Positions 32,792-40,975 of a DNA stretch of 49,633 nucleotides are shown in pieces; the first letter of the stretch is position 1, and every line of letters starts with the position of its first letter. The stretch spans positions 1 through 49,633 of the forward strand of contig JBIJDL010000002.1 of assembly GCA_044344195.1 (NCBI GenBank), written 5' to 3'. Both the position numbers and the translations under genes were made by a program. Source of the stretch: Candidatus Hydrogenedentales bacterium (GTDB lineage: Bacteria > Hydrogenedentota > Hydrogenedentia > Hydrogenedentales > JAEUWI01). The notes beneath the pieces were generated by a model that saw only the letters and a program-made list of their open reading frames with translations, was not told where the DNA came from and searched no databases.

Positions 32792-33722
32792 GTGTTTCCT
32801 CCGCGTGCATGACACGCACTTTTTCTGGTCCACTGAACCACAGCCACCAGGCGTGTTCCAGGGAGGCGCTGAGCCGGTCGTAGGTCACCACATCGGCCGG
32901 TGCAAAGGCCGAGGTCCATGCCTCCCGTTGGTCGCCGCTGTCACAGCCGGTCAGGTAGACAAATTTCAGCGAGGGGTTCTTTGGGAGCGCCGCGATGTCC
33001 TTGGGGAGTAGCCAGTCGTTGTGCAACATCAGGCCCTTTCGGGTGCCGTGGGAGCCCACAAAGACCACATTGCCCTCCGCCAGGGCTTTGGCTACCGTCG
33101 CCCGGGAGATTTTGATCAGGACCGCGCTGCCTTCACCGTAGGTGCTCTCCGCCGCACGGGCCATGGGGTAGAAGGCCAGGGCAAAGAGCCAGCGGGGAAA
33201 GATGCCGTTGTCCTCGTAGACCATGTACACCGCGCCGGCGTCACGGCTGGCCGGGACGAGCCGGGAGGCGTGGATTGCCACAGGGGTCAGGGCCAGCAGG
33301 ACGACATAGAGCGCGCCGAGCCCGAGGCAGGCCCATCGCACCGCACGGTCGCGGGCGGCCATTCGTTGGACCAGCGGCATGGGGCGCGTAGCCCCGAGGA
33401 GGGCCATGCCGAGGGCGAAAGCCCAGAACACGCTCCAGGCGAGGAAGAGTTTTCGGATTATTCCAAAGACGTGAACCTCGATACGGGTGCTTTCGTAGAA
33501 TTCACGGTGGCGGACCAACAAATATGATAGAATCAGGAGCGCGACGGCTAAAAGGCCCAACAAGGCCAGTAGTGTCCCAAATAGAATGGCCGCCTGGCGG
33601 TAATGATGTTGCCCGTAGGGCGTAGAGCGCCCTTGCGGAGCAAAGTGCAGGAACGGCAGGAGCCCGAGGTAACACCCGGCCGCCATGGCGCGCTCCCTCC
33701 AGCGAATGGAACCGTTCGTCAT
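32781..33722 (-). CDS. Polytopic membrane protein with a C-terminal alpha/beta domain carrying a caspase/CHAT-like His...Cys pattern (hypothetical)
   Basis: About five hydrophobic helices fill the first 170 aa. The soluble tail contains VVFVGSHGTRKGLML and KFVYLTGCDSGDQ. Its 3' end overlaps the aldolase start by 11 nt. Confidence 0.55.
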   Translation of the reverse strand: MTNGSIRWRERAMAAGCYLGLLPFLHFAPQGRSTPYGQHHYRQAAILFGTLLALLGLLAVALLILSYLLVRHREFYESTRIEVHVFGIIRKLFLAWSVFWAFALGMALLGATRPMPLVQRMAARDRAVRWACLGLGALYVVLLALTPVAIHASRLVPASRDAGAVYMVYEDNGIFPRWLFALAFYPMARAAESTYGEGSAVLIKISRATVAKALAEGNVVFVGSHGTRKGLMLHNDWLLPKDIAALPKNPSLKFVYLTGCDSGDQREAWTSAFAPADVVTYDRLSASLEHAWWLWFSGPEKVRVMHAEETHAG

Positions 33723-34050
33723 AGTCGGGTATTGGATTTCATGGTGTGATAAACTTCAGCATCAGATTTCGCAGGGTATGGGATCAAATACAAGGGTGGC
33801 GCCGGGAAACGCCGAAAATGTGCCCGTCGGCGATGGTAGCAGATTTACCCTGTCGATGGCGATTCGTCCGGGAGGGTGAATCTCGATCGTCCTCCAAATC
33901 AAACTTGATTTACTGAGAGCACCTCTTTACTGTAGAAAGATAATAAAGCTACGATTGCCCGAGATGGGCAGGCCGTAGATTGGAAAGTGGATCTTAAGAA
34001 AAACCGAATGGGGCGGAGACCCGGTCAGTGGATCGGGTCCTCCAATTCGG

Positions 34051-35196
34051 ATGACGGCAGAATTGTACAGGAAAGGAGCTGGAGTCGTGTCCCAAGAACA
34101 GAACAACAAGGGTAGTTATGGCGAGCCGACGGAAGAAATGCGGCTGTGTCCCACCTGCCGCATGAAGGTGAGCGTCTGGGCAACCAAGTGCCACCATTGC
34201 GGAGAGGAAGTGGGGCGCCCGCGCCGTGAAGAATTGAAGCTGACGCTCAAGGATCTGGGCGGCGAATCAAAAACCAGTTACGCGCCTTCCGGCAACGTTA
34301 CGGGCGCCTTGGAATCCTTTCGCGTAGAGGAGGCTTCAACGGTAGAAGCGATGCTTGCGAGCCGGCGAAAGGTAAGTTTTCTGGACCGTCTGCTGGGGCG
34401 AACGCCTCCACCTCCGCCTCCGAAACGCACGTCTAAAGGGGCGGAAAGTTTGGATGAATACAGTAGAAACCTGACCGCGTCGCTGCTGGACGACATGCCC
34501 TCTTCCTCGTCGATGAGTATATCGCGCGCCCAGTTGCCCCAATCGTCCGGGCTGGGATTGTCGGGTCGTCTTGGTCCCATCATCATGGTCATTGGGGCAC
34601 TGTTGGTGCTCTATTTTGGCGGAAACTTCGCCTGGGGCAAGGTGAGCGGTTTTATCGAAGCCCGCAAGCATGCCAATGACGTTATCTATAACAACCAGGC
34701 GCTGAGCATGCTGGCGCGGAACGAAGAGTCCATCGTGGCTTTTGAAGAGGCCATGACGGCGCTCCGGATCAACGATACCGACGAGAACCGGCAAATTGCC
34801 AGCGATGTCCGGGCTGTCCTGCTGAAGGATGTAGACGCGCTCATGTCCGCAAATCCCTGGCGCCGCTCCGATCAGGACAAGGCCTACGATATGATGCAGC
34901 GTGCGATGAAGGTTGATTCCAAGCCGGAGGTCCGCACGAAATATGAGTCCGTCTCGCGGGATATCAGTCAGTTCAAGTTCGTGTTGAAGTCGGTGGACTC
35001 CACCGGCACCAAGGCCACGTTTCGGCTCAATAATCCTGATTTCGAGCAGGAAGTAACGGTGGGGCAGTCGGATCGCATCATGGACCGCTTCATTGTGGCC
35101 GCGATTTCGAGCCGCGAGGTACACCTGAATGACGACCGCGTGAACGGCCGCCGGCTTGCGATTGGGGTCAACGAAGGGGTGCGCTCGGCCTACTGA
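34051..35196 (+). CDS. Zinc-ribbon, single-pass membrane protein (hypothetical)
   Basis: CPTCRMKVSVWATKCHHCGEEV is a CxxC...CxxC ribbon. It is followed by a Pro-rich linker, a TM helix (LGPIIMVIGALLVLYFGG) and a 190-aa C-terminal domain of unknown type. An alternative GTG start lies at 34087. Confidence 0.55.
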   Translation: MTAELYRKGAGVVSQEQNNKGSYGEPTEEMRLCPTCRMKVSVWATKCHHCGEEVGRPRREELKLTLKDLGGESKTSYAPSGNVTGALESFRVEEASTVEAMLASRRKVSFLDRLLGRTPPPPPPKRTSKGAESLDEYSRNLTASLLDDMPSSSSMSISRAQLPQSSGLGLSGRLGPIIMVIGALLVLYFGGNFAWGKVSGFIEARKHANDVIYNNQALSMLARNEESIVAFEEAMTALRINDTDENRQIASDVRAVLLKDVDALMSANPWRRSDQDKAYDMMQRAMKVDSKPEVRTKYESVSRDISQFKFVLKSVDSTGTKATFRLNNPDFEQEVTVGQSDRIMDRFIVAAISSREVHLNDDRVNGRRLAIGVNEGVRSAY

Positions 35197-35378
35197 GGGG
35201 CTCCCTGACTTTGGGTGGCGCGTTGTTACGTGCATTTGTGCTATGATGCGCGGAATTTTCATGTCGTGTTGGACATCCGTGCAATTCGAGAGGGGGATCG
35301 GGCCTGCGAAAGTGCCCGAACGATGAATTAGCGCGCGGGTGCTTAAGGCTGTGTTTTGATGGAAGAAGGATCCGGTGC

Positions 35379-36002
35379 ATGCATATCGCTAAGGGAGTGT
35401 CAATTCTTGGGTTGGTCTTGCTGAGTTCCTGCGCGAGTCTTCGCGGCGGCGATAAGGCGGACGCTGGAAGCGAGCCACGGGTGGAGGAGGCGCTGGCGGT
35501 CACGGCGACCGAGTCGGAATCCCGGGCCGAGCTGCTCCGGCAAGTCCAGCTCCATATCGACCAGACCGAAGCGAAGGGCCGGGGTGATGAGGATCGCGTC
35601 ATTCGCAAGCGCCCCTATTTCTTCAAGGAATACAGCGACTACGCCGCCGGTGCCAGCGATGCCGATGTAACGCTGACGGAAACCGAATCCCGCACGTCGC
35701 CGTATGTTGCCGATGTTAAGCTGGATCGTACGCGGTACGCCACGCGCCTTCACCGCAGCCGAGACGAAGCGCGCATAGACGACAGCTATCTCCGGGACAC
35801 CGGTACGGAAACCCTCACCTACGAGTTGCGCAACGGACGCTGGGTTCGTGTTGGCAGCTTCTTCCTCTCGGAACTCACCGAGGAAGAAGTCAACGGCCAG
35901 TGGACCCTCGTGCAGCGTGTGGTCGAGCGGACCGTGCAGGCGGAGGAGCCGCAGAAGGGCTGGTTTGGCCGGACCATGTCGGCGATTACCGGACGGGATT
36001 GA
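35379..36002 (+). CDS. Lipoprotein (hypothetical)
   Basis: Signal peptide with a lipobox-like LLSSC. GAAGAAGGA upstream of the ATG. No recognisable domain. Confidence 0.55.
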   Translation: MHIAKGVSILGLVLLSSCASLRGGDKADAGSEPRVEEALAVTATESESRAELLRQVQLHIDQTEAKGRGDEDRVIRKRPYFFKEYSDYAAGASDADVTLTETESRTSPYVADVKLDRTRYATRLHRSRDEARIDDSYLRDTGTETLTYELRNGRWVRVGSFFLSELTEEEVNGQWTLVQRVVERTVQAEEPQKGWFGRTMSAITGRD

Positions 36003-36062
36003 TAGAAGTATTTTCCGCGGTCGCCCGCACGCTCGCGGGCGGCCCGGTATTCAGGATCCAGC

Positions 36063-37415
36063 ATGGCTGACAGGCTTGAAGGGGAAATGGGAGCGCACGG
36101 CGTTTCCGAGCGCAAGTCACGCATCGCAGCGTGGGCGATTATGATCGTGTCTTTCGCGATGGTTCTGTATGGGCTGCATTCGGTGGAGACGGGGGATTCC
36201 TCGAACAGCCGACTGGCCACGGTGTACAGCCTGGTACACGAGGGCACGTGGTACATTGACAGACCGCTGGATCAAGCGCCCAATCCCTTCGAACAGGGCA
36301 CCATCGACAAGATCGAATTGAATGGGCACATCCTGTCGACCAAGCCGCCCCTCCTTCCCCTCGCGATGACGGCGGAGTATGTGGGTCTGCGGCAGGTCTT
36401 TGGCTGGGATCTGGAGGTGCGCGACGAGCTCCGCCAGATCATGCGAACCATGATCCTGACGCTCGTGATGATTCCCCACGCCATCGGTATCTTCTTTTTC
36501 TTACTTCTCCTGCAATTGCTGATCGACAATCCCTGGCAGCGTCTGCTGCCGCTGTTCGCCCTGACCTTCGCCTCGCAACTGCCCGGTTTCGCCACGGAAT
36601 TGAACAACCACAGCCCGGCGATAGGCGCCCTCCTGGCGGCCCTGTACTTCGCCATCGGCGTGAGCTCGGGCAAGCTGGCCCCGGCGCCCTGGCGCTTCGC
36701 CGCCTACGGCTTTGCGGGAGCGCTGGTCTTCGCGCTGGACATGCCCCTGACGATCTTCGTGGCCGCTGCGGGTTGCGGATTGTTGTGGAAGTTTCCGAAG
36801 CCGGCGGTCTTGTGGGGCGGTGTTGGCCTGCTCGGACCCCTCGCCATTCATTTTGGTGCGAACTATCAGGTCACGGGCAGTCTGCTGCCGGTCCAGTCCC
36901 ACCGGGAACTCTATCTCTTCGAATCCAGCGCCTGGCGGCACCCGGGGCAAATCGACGCACTGAACGAGCCCAAGGGGACGTATCTCTTTCACATGACCTT
37001 CGGGCGATTCGGCATCTTTTTGTTGTATCCCATACTGCTGATGGGCTTCGCGGGTTGTTATGGCGCCTGGCGGGATGGAATGCGGGAGTGGAGGAACTAC
37101 TATCTGGCCGGCCTGGCCTGCTTTGCCGCACTCGGCTACTACTACGTCTCCGGCACGAACAATTACGGCGGCGCGGCCTACGGATTTCGCTGGGGCATGG
37201 GGGCTATGCCTATCCTGCTGCTCATGGGCATCCCGGCCTTCAACCGCGTGCGGGGGCCCCTTGCCTGGACCGTTGTGTCGGTACTGATGGTGGTGTCGAT
37301 GTACAGCGCCTGGGAATGCTACTGGGCACCCTGGGGCGCGTGTCACGAGTGGACCTGCCGCTGGATTTATGGTGCGCCTTACTTGGATTTGACGGCGGGG
37401 GTGGTGGCGAAGTAG
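36063..37415 (+). CDS. GT-C-fold membrane glycosyltransferase-like protein (ArnT/PMT_2-like)
   Basis: About 11 predicted TM helices. The first periplasmic loop has acidic/aromatic residues and STKPPLLPL, reminiscent of the ArnT/GT39/GT83 KPPL block. Confidence 0.45.
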   Translation: MADRLEGEMGAHGVSERKSRIAAWAIMIVSFAMVLYGLHSVETGDSSNSRLATVYSLVHEGTWYIDRPLDQAPNPFEQGTIDKIELNGHILSTKPPLLPLAMTAEYVGLRQVFGWDLEVRDELRQIMRTMILTLVMIPHAIGIFFFLLLLQLLIDNPWQRLLPLFALTFASQLPGFATELNNHSPAIGALLAALYFAIGVSSGKLAPAPWRFAAYGFAGALVFALDMPLTIFVAAAGCGLLWKFPKPAVLWGGVGLLGPLAIHFGANYQVTGSLLPVQSHRELYLFESSAWRHPGQIDALNEPKGTYLFHMTFGRFGIFLLYPILLMGFAGCYGAWRDGMREWRNYYLAGLACFAALGYYYVSGTNNYGGAAYGFRWGMGAMPILLLMGIPAFNRVRGPLAWTVVSVLMVVSMYSAWECYWAPWGACHEWTCRWIYGAPYLDLTAGVVAK

Positions 37416-37493
37416 CGGGGTGAAGTCGCAATGTCGTCGCACTCGATTCAAGCGAGGCGGACTAGAGCCCTTCCATTCAATTGGAAATAAAGA

Positions 37494-37790
37494 GGCGGAC
37501 CAACGTGGCTTAGCCTTCCAGGCGGAGACAAAGGGTGCCTGGTTGGCCTGGGTAAACGTCGAATTCAGGGAGCGATCCCGGTGGCCAGAGCCTACCGTTC
37601 CCATAGCTTCGGTAGAAGCTTATCCAGCGAAAGATCTGCGACGGTGCATGAGGTACAAGTGCCAGCTTGTACCCAAGTCGTGTCTCGTCTCAGCCTGGAA
37701 GGCTAAGCCACGTTGGCGCGCTGCCCAAGAACAAGTGACCAATCATTCCCCGCCTACACTGGAGACGGAACCGGGCGATTGCTCTGCTCC
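37494..37790. repeat. Dispersed inverted-repeat element, copy 1
   Basis: 30-nt arms CCAACGTGGCTTAGCCTTCCAGGCGGAGAC (37500-37529) and GTCTCAGCCTGGAAGGCTAAGCCACGTTGG (37687-37716) have 1 mismatch and are 157 nt apart. An internal hairpin is GGTACAAGTGCCAGCTTGTACC. A conserved tail TACACTGGAGACGGAACCGGGCGATTGCTCTG is shared with copy 2. Confidence 0.8.
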
Positions 37791-37890
37791 AATTCATCCT
37801 TGACGGATTCCAAGCTGCGGCCTATACTGAGCTATAACACTCTGGGCAAGTTCACAACGGGCGGGCTATCCGAACGAGGAGGAAAAGGGC

Positions 37891-38856
37891 ATGAAAGTGC
37901 GGTTCGTGATTCTGTGGGCAATCTTGGCGGTCGGGCTGTTGGCGTCAGTTCCGATGTTCTTTTTCATAACGGTGCAAGGCAGCTACGCCCCGCCCCCATC
38001 AGGTTCCGCCGAAGCGCGCGTTCCTCCGCTACCTGCGGTGTCGCCGGCCGGGGGCACTCCCAACGAGGATGGTGTCACGATATCAACAGAGACACCCGTG
38101 GGTGTGTCGGTTGAACAGTCGGCGGCTGCCGCGGAAGCATGGATGGCGGCAAGGATGAAAGCCTTCTATCTACGCCATCCCGTTTTGCCGGAGAAGAGCA
38201 TGCCGAACTGGCCGGAGAATGTTCCCGAAGGTTTGTTTGATATGGGGTTCGCGGTGCTGAAAGAGATCGAATCGGACCAGGTTTTCCTCGAGTTTGTGCG
38301 GCACTCTGATCCCGCGGTGCGAGCGGCGGCCATCCGCGCCCTGTCTGCCTCGCAAGGCGCCATGTCGGCGGACGGCGCCCAAGCCATGGTTGGGTTTCTC
38401 TCGCGCCAATCGCAGGATGATCTGGAGTGGTTGGTGCTCGCCGCGGCTGAAGTGCTCATCGAGGACACGCAAGCGGGTAAACAGGGTGCCAGTTACTCGT
38501 TATTGATGTTCATGGGGGACTATGCCCATTCGGCATTGCCGCATCTCATCTGGGCATCGAACAATCATCCAGATCCCGGCATGCGCGAATGGATCATGAA
38601 CGCTGCGGCGATGCTGGATCCCGAGGCACCGGAAGTTCAAAGTCTACTCGGGAGGCGGCTTTTCGATTCAGACCCAGGTTTGCGCAGGAACGCACTTTTT
38701 ATGTCGCTGCTTAGCCCAATTGCAAGTTATCAATATCAACAGCACCAATACCCAGCCTGGTATCTGCAATTGCGGCCGGGTGATGAAGTGCAGGATGAGG
38801 AGGGGATTGGCACCGCGCAGGTGGAAGAGAAGCGGCTGGCAGCCAGTGGCGTTTGA
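37891..38856 (+). CDS. HEAT-repeat-like protein with N-terminal membrane anchor (hypothetical)
   Basis: GAGGAGG RBS and an N-terminal TM helix. Repeated xDPxxRxxAxxAL motifs (SDPAVRAAAIRALS, HPDPGMREWIMNAA, SDPGLRRNALFMS) are typical of HEAT/PBS-lyase repeats. Confidence 0.45.
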   Translation: MKVRFVILWAILAVGLLASVPMFFFITVQGSYAPPPSGSAEARVPPLPAVSPAGGTPNEDGVTISTETPVGVSVEQSAAAAEAWMAARMKAFYLRHPVLPEKSMPNWPENVPEGLFDMGFAVLKEIESDQVFLEFVRHSDPAVRAAAIRALSASQGAMSADGAQAMVGFLSRQSQDDLEWLVLAAAEVLIEDTQAGKQGASYSLLMFMGDYAHSALPHLIWASNNHPDPGMREWIMNAAAMLDPEAPEVQSLLGRRLFDSDPGLRRNALFMSLLSPIASYQYQQHQYPAWYLQLRPGDEVQDEEGIGTAQVEEKRLAASGV

Positions 38857-38996
38857 CATGTAGCGTCATAGGATGGAATGTATAGAGGATGAGGTTTATT
38901 AGAGAGCCGCCGCATTCGAACTATGCGAGCCAGACTTGGGCGATCCCAATCCACTTGAAGTAGAGAAGGCGTACGAACGTGGCCTCACAGTCCGCC

Positions 38997-39245
38997 GTAG
39001 GAGGATTAGCCTTTCCGCCCTGGCGGATCTTCGACCAGGCTGAGGCAAAGCACTATCCGATTACCATGGGGCCATTCTCTTCGTAAAAGGACTGAAGTCG
39101 TGAGAATAGTTACCAGTGCCATTTGAGTATCATCATGCGCTTGTCTCAGCCTGGAAGGCCAAGCCACCTTCGGCGGACTTAAAATGCACGTGGCTGTTTA
39201 CTCGACTCGAATACACTGGAGGCGGCATGGGCGATTCCTTTGTTT
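38997..39245. repeat. Dispersed inverted-repeat element, copy 2 (left arm degenerate)
   Basis: The right arm GTCTCAGCCTGGAAGGCCAAGCCACC (39143-39168) is near-identical to the copy 1 right arm. The tail TACACTGGAGGCGGCATGGGCGATTCCTTTG matches the copy 1 tail at 27 of 35 positions. The left arm GGATTAGCCTTTCC[20-nt insert]AGGCTGAGGCAAAG is a disrupted version of the copy 1 left arm. Confidence 0.6.
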
Positions 39246-39273
39246 TAGGGGGCACCCCCATTCGACGACAACC

Positions 39274-39534
39274 TTAGCGGTCTCTGTACACTTCTTTGCG
39301 ATGGCCTACCGCAATGATTTCAACCACTTGATTATCATCGTCAATGGTGTACAAAATACGATAGTCCCCTGTCCGTATCCTGTAGTGGTTCGAGCCCCTC
39401 AATTTCTTACTCCCCGGTTTGCGTGGGTCGAATTCCAAGCCGACGATGGATTCCGCAATGCGCTCAAATATCTTGTCGGGAAGTGCGGTCATTTCCCGCT
39501 CGGCGGGTCGTTTGATGGTGATGGTGTACGGCAT
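39274..39534 (-). CDS. relE: RelE/ParE family type II toxin
   Basis: 86 aa. IFERIAESIVGLEFDPRKPGSKKLRGSNHYRIRTGDYRILYTIDDDNQVVEIIAVGHRKEVY is the textbook RelE/StbE pattern (RIRVGDYRIIY ... V..V.HRKE.Y). Confidence 0.85.
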   Translation of the reverse strand: MPYTITIKRPAEREMTALPDKIFERIAESIVGLEFDPRKPGSKKLRGSNHYRIRTGDYRILYTIDDDNQVVEIIAVGHRKEVYRDR

Positions 39535-39537
39535 CGA

Positions 39538-39738
39538 TCACCCGCGTTTTTCCTTGAGGAATTCACGAAATGGACGGGCTGGCTCGTCGCGGCGATCAGC
39601 GATAATAGCCAAGTCAATGAGATCGCGTCCCAGATCTTCGTCCCGCGCTATTCGCGCAATGACAGCGTCCCGCTCCTGTCGGGGGAGCGCTTTCAAAACG
39701 GCCAGAAATCCTTCCGCCGTGGTTTCCGCTTTTGTCAT
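39538..39738 (-). CDS. Cognate antitoxin of RelE (small helical, family not resolved)
   Basis: 66 aa from ATG 39738 (AGGAG RBS). It ends 3 nt before relE. It is acidic and helical, as expected for an antitoxin in this position. Confidence 0.6.
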   Translation of the reverse strand: MTKAETTAEGFLAVLKALPRQERDAVIARIARDEDLGRDLIDLAIIADRRDEPARPFREFLKEKRG

Positions 39739-39773
39739 GGCAACATCTCCTGTTGCGAGCATTTTACCACAGA

Positions 39774-40964
39774 TCACATTTCGTGATTCGACCGATCCAA
39801 ATAGTTGATCGCGACGCTGGCCAGCGTCTCGATGCCGACGGGAATGGCTTCATCGTTAACGACAAAGCGGGGGCTGTGGCGCGAGGGGGGATCGACGGCG
39901 TCCGGGGTGTCGTTGCCGAGGAAGATGAAAGCACCGGGGACTGCCCGAAGGTAGTAGGCGAAATCTTCGGCGGTCATGTAGGGGTGGGTCACGGGGATAA
40001 CATGCTCTTCGCCGAACTGAGTGCGGGCGCATTCCTGGGCAAATTCGCCCATGGCGATGTCGTTGCTGAGGGGGGGATACCCCGCGCCTTCACTTTCCAT
40101 GACGGCCTCGGCGCGGAAGGCCTTCGCGATCTGGGCCGCGATGCGTTCAATGGCTTCGGCGGTGCGTGTGCGAGACTCGGGATTCAAGGCCCTATAGGTG
40201 CCTTCCATGATCGCCGTTTCCGGGATAATGTTGGAGGCGAAGCCCGCTTCGATGCGGGCCACACTCACGACGACGGAATCCCAGGGATGGGTCTCGCGGC
40301 TGACGATGCTCTGGAGGGCGGTGACAATGTGGGCCGCGACCACGATGGGATCGATGGCCGCGCCGGGGTTTGCCCCGTGGCCGCCCTTGCCCTTGACGAC
40401 GATACGGAAGAAATCTGCGCTGGCCATGACGGGGCCAGTGCCGATGGCCACGCTCCCGCAGGGGAGGCCGGGCCAGCAGTGGAGGGCGAAGACCGCGTTG
40501 ACATTGTCGAGCAAGCCTTCTTCCACGATGAAACGACCGCCGGCGGCAATCTCTTCCGCAGGCTGGAAGATGCACTTCACCGTACCCTTGAGTTCACTCC
40601 GCTTGTTCCACAGCAAGCGCGCCGTGCCGCAGAGAATGGCGCTGTGACCGTCGTGGCCGCAGGCATGCATTCGATCGGGGATCCTGGAGCTGTAGGACAG
40701 GCCCGTATCTTCCTGGATCTCCAAGGCGTCCATGTCGGCGCGCAATGCGACGCACCGATCACCTTCACCCGCAATCGTCGCCATGATCCCGGTACCCTTG
40801 GCGTGGCCACGGGTGAAGGGGATGCCGGATTCGCTCAGGAAGCGGGCGATCCGATCCGAGGTCCAGCGCTCTTCGAAGCGTATTTCCGGGTGCTGGTGTA
40901 GTTCGTGCCGTAGTTCGGCGATGGTCGGTACAAGCTGGGCAATCTCGGAACGTTTGACGGGCAT
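39774..40964 (-). CDS. M20D family amidohydrolase (N-acyl-amino acid amidohydrolase/hippurate hydrolase-like)
   Basis: LRHELHQHPEIRFEE, RADMDAL, MHACGHDGH and GGHGA blocks. ATG 40964. The ORF-track extension to 41162 overlaps the upstream gene and is Arg/Pro-rich. Confidence 0.9.
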   Translation of the reverse strand: MPVKRSEIAQLVPTIAELRHELHQHPEIRFEERWTSDRIARFLSESGIPFTRGHAKGTGIMATIAGEGDRCVALRADMDALEIQEDTGLSYSSRIPDRMHACGHDGHSAILCGTARLLWNKRSELKGTVKCIFQPAEEIAAGGRFIVEEGLLDNVNAVFALHCWPGLPCGSVAIGTGPVMASADFFRIVVKGKGGHGANPGAAIDPIVVAAHIVTALQSIVSRETHPWDSVVVSVARIEAGFASNIIPETAIMEGTYRALNPESRTRTAEAIERIAAQIAKAFRAEAVMESEGAGYPPLSNDIAMGEFAQECARTQFGEEHVIPVTHPYMTAEDFAYYLRAVPGAFIFLGNDTPDAVDPPSRHSPRFVVNDEAIPVGIETLASVAINYLDRSNHEM

Positions 40965-40975
40965 AAAGTCCTGTA

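Noticed and set aside
37494-39245. Integron attC sites or a cassette array explaining the TA genes and flanking inverted repeats
   Set aside because: No intI integrase is present, and the repeats lack the GTTRRRY/RYYYAAC core sites. Element lengths (250-300 nt) and their positions do not match cassette boundaries.
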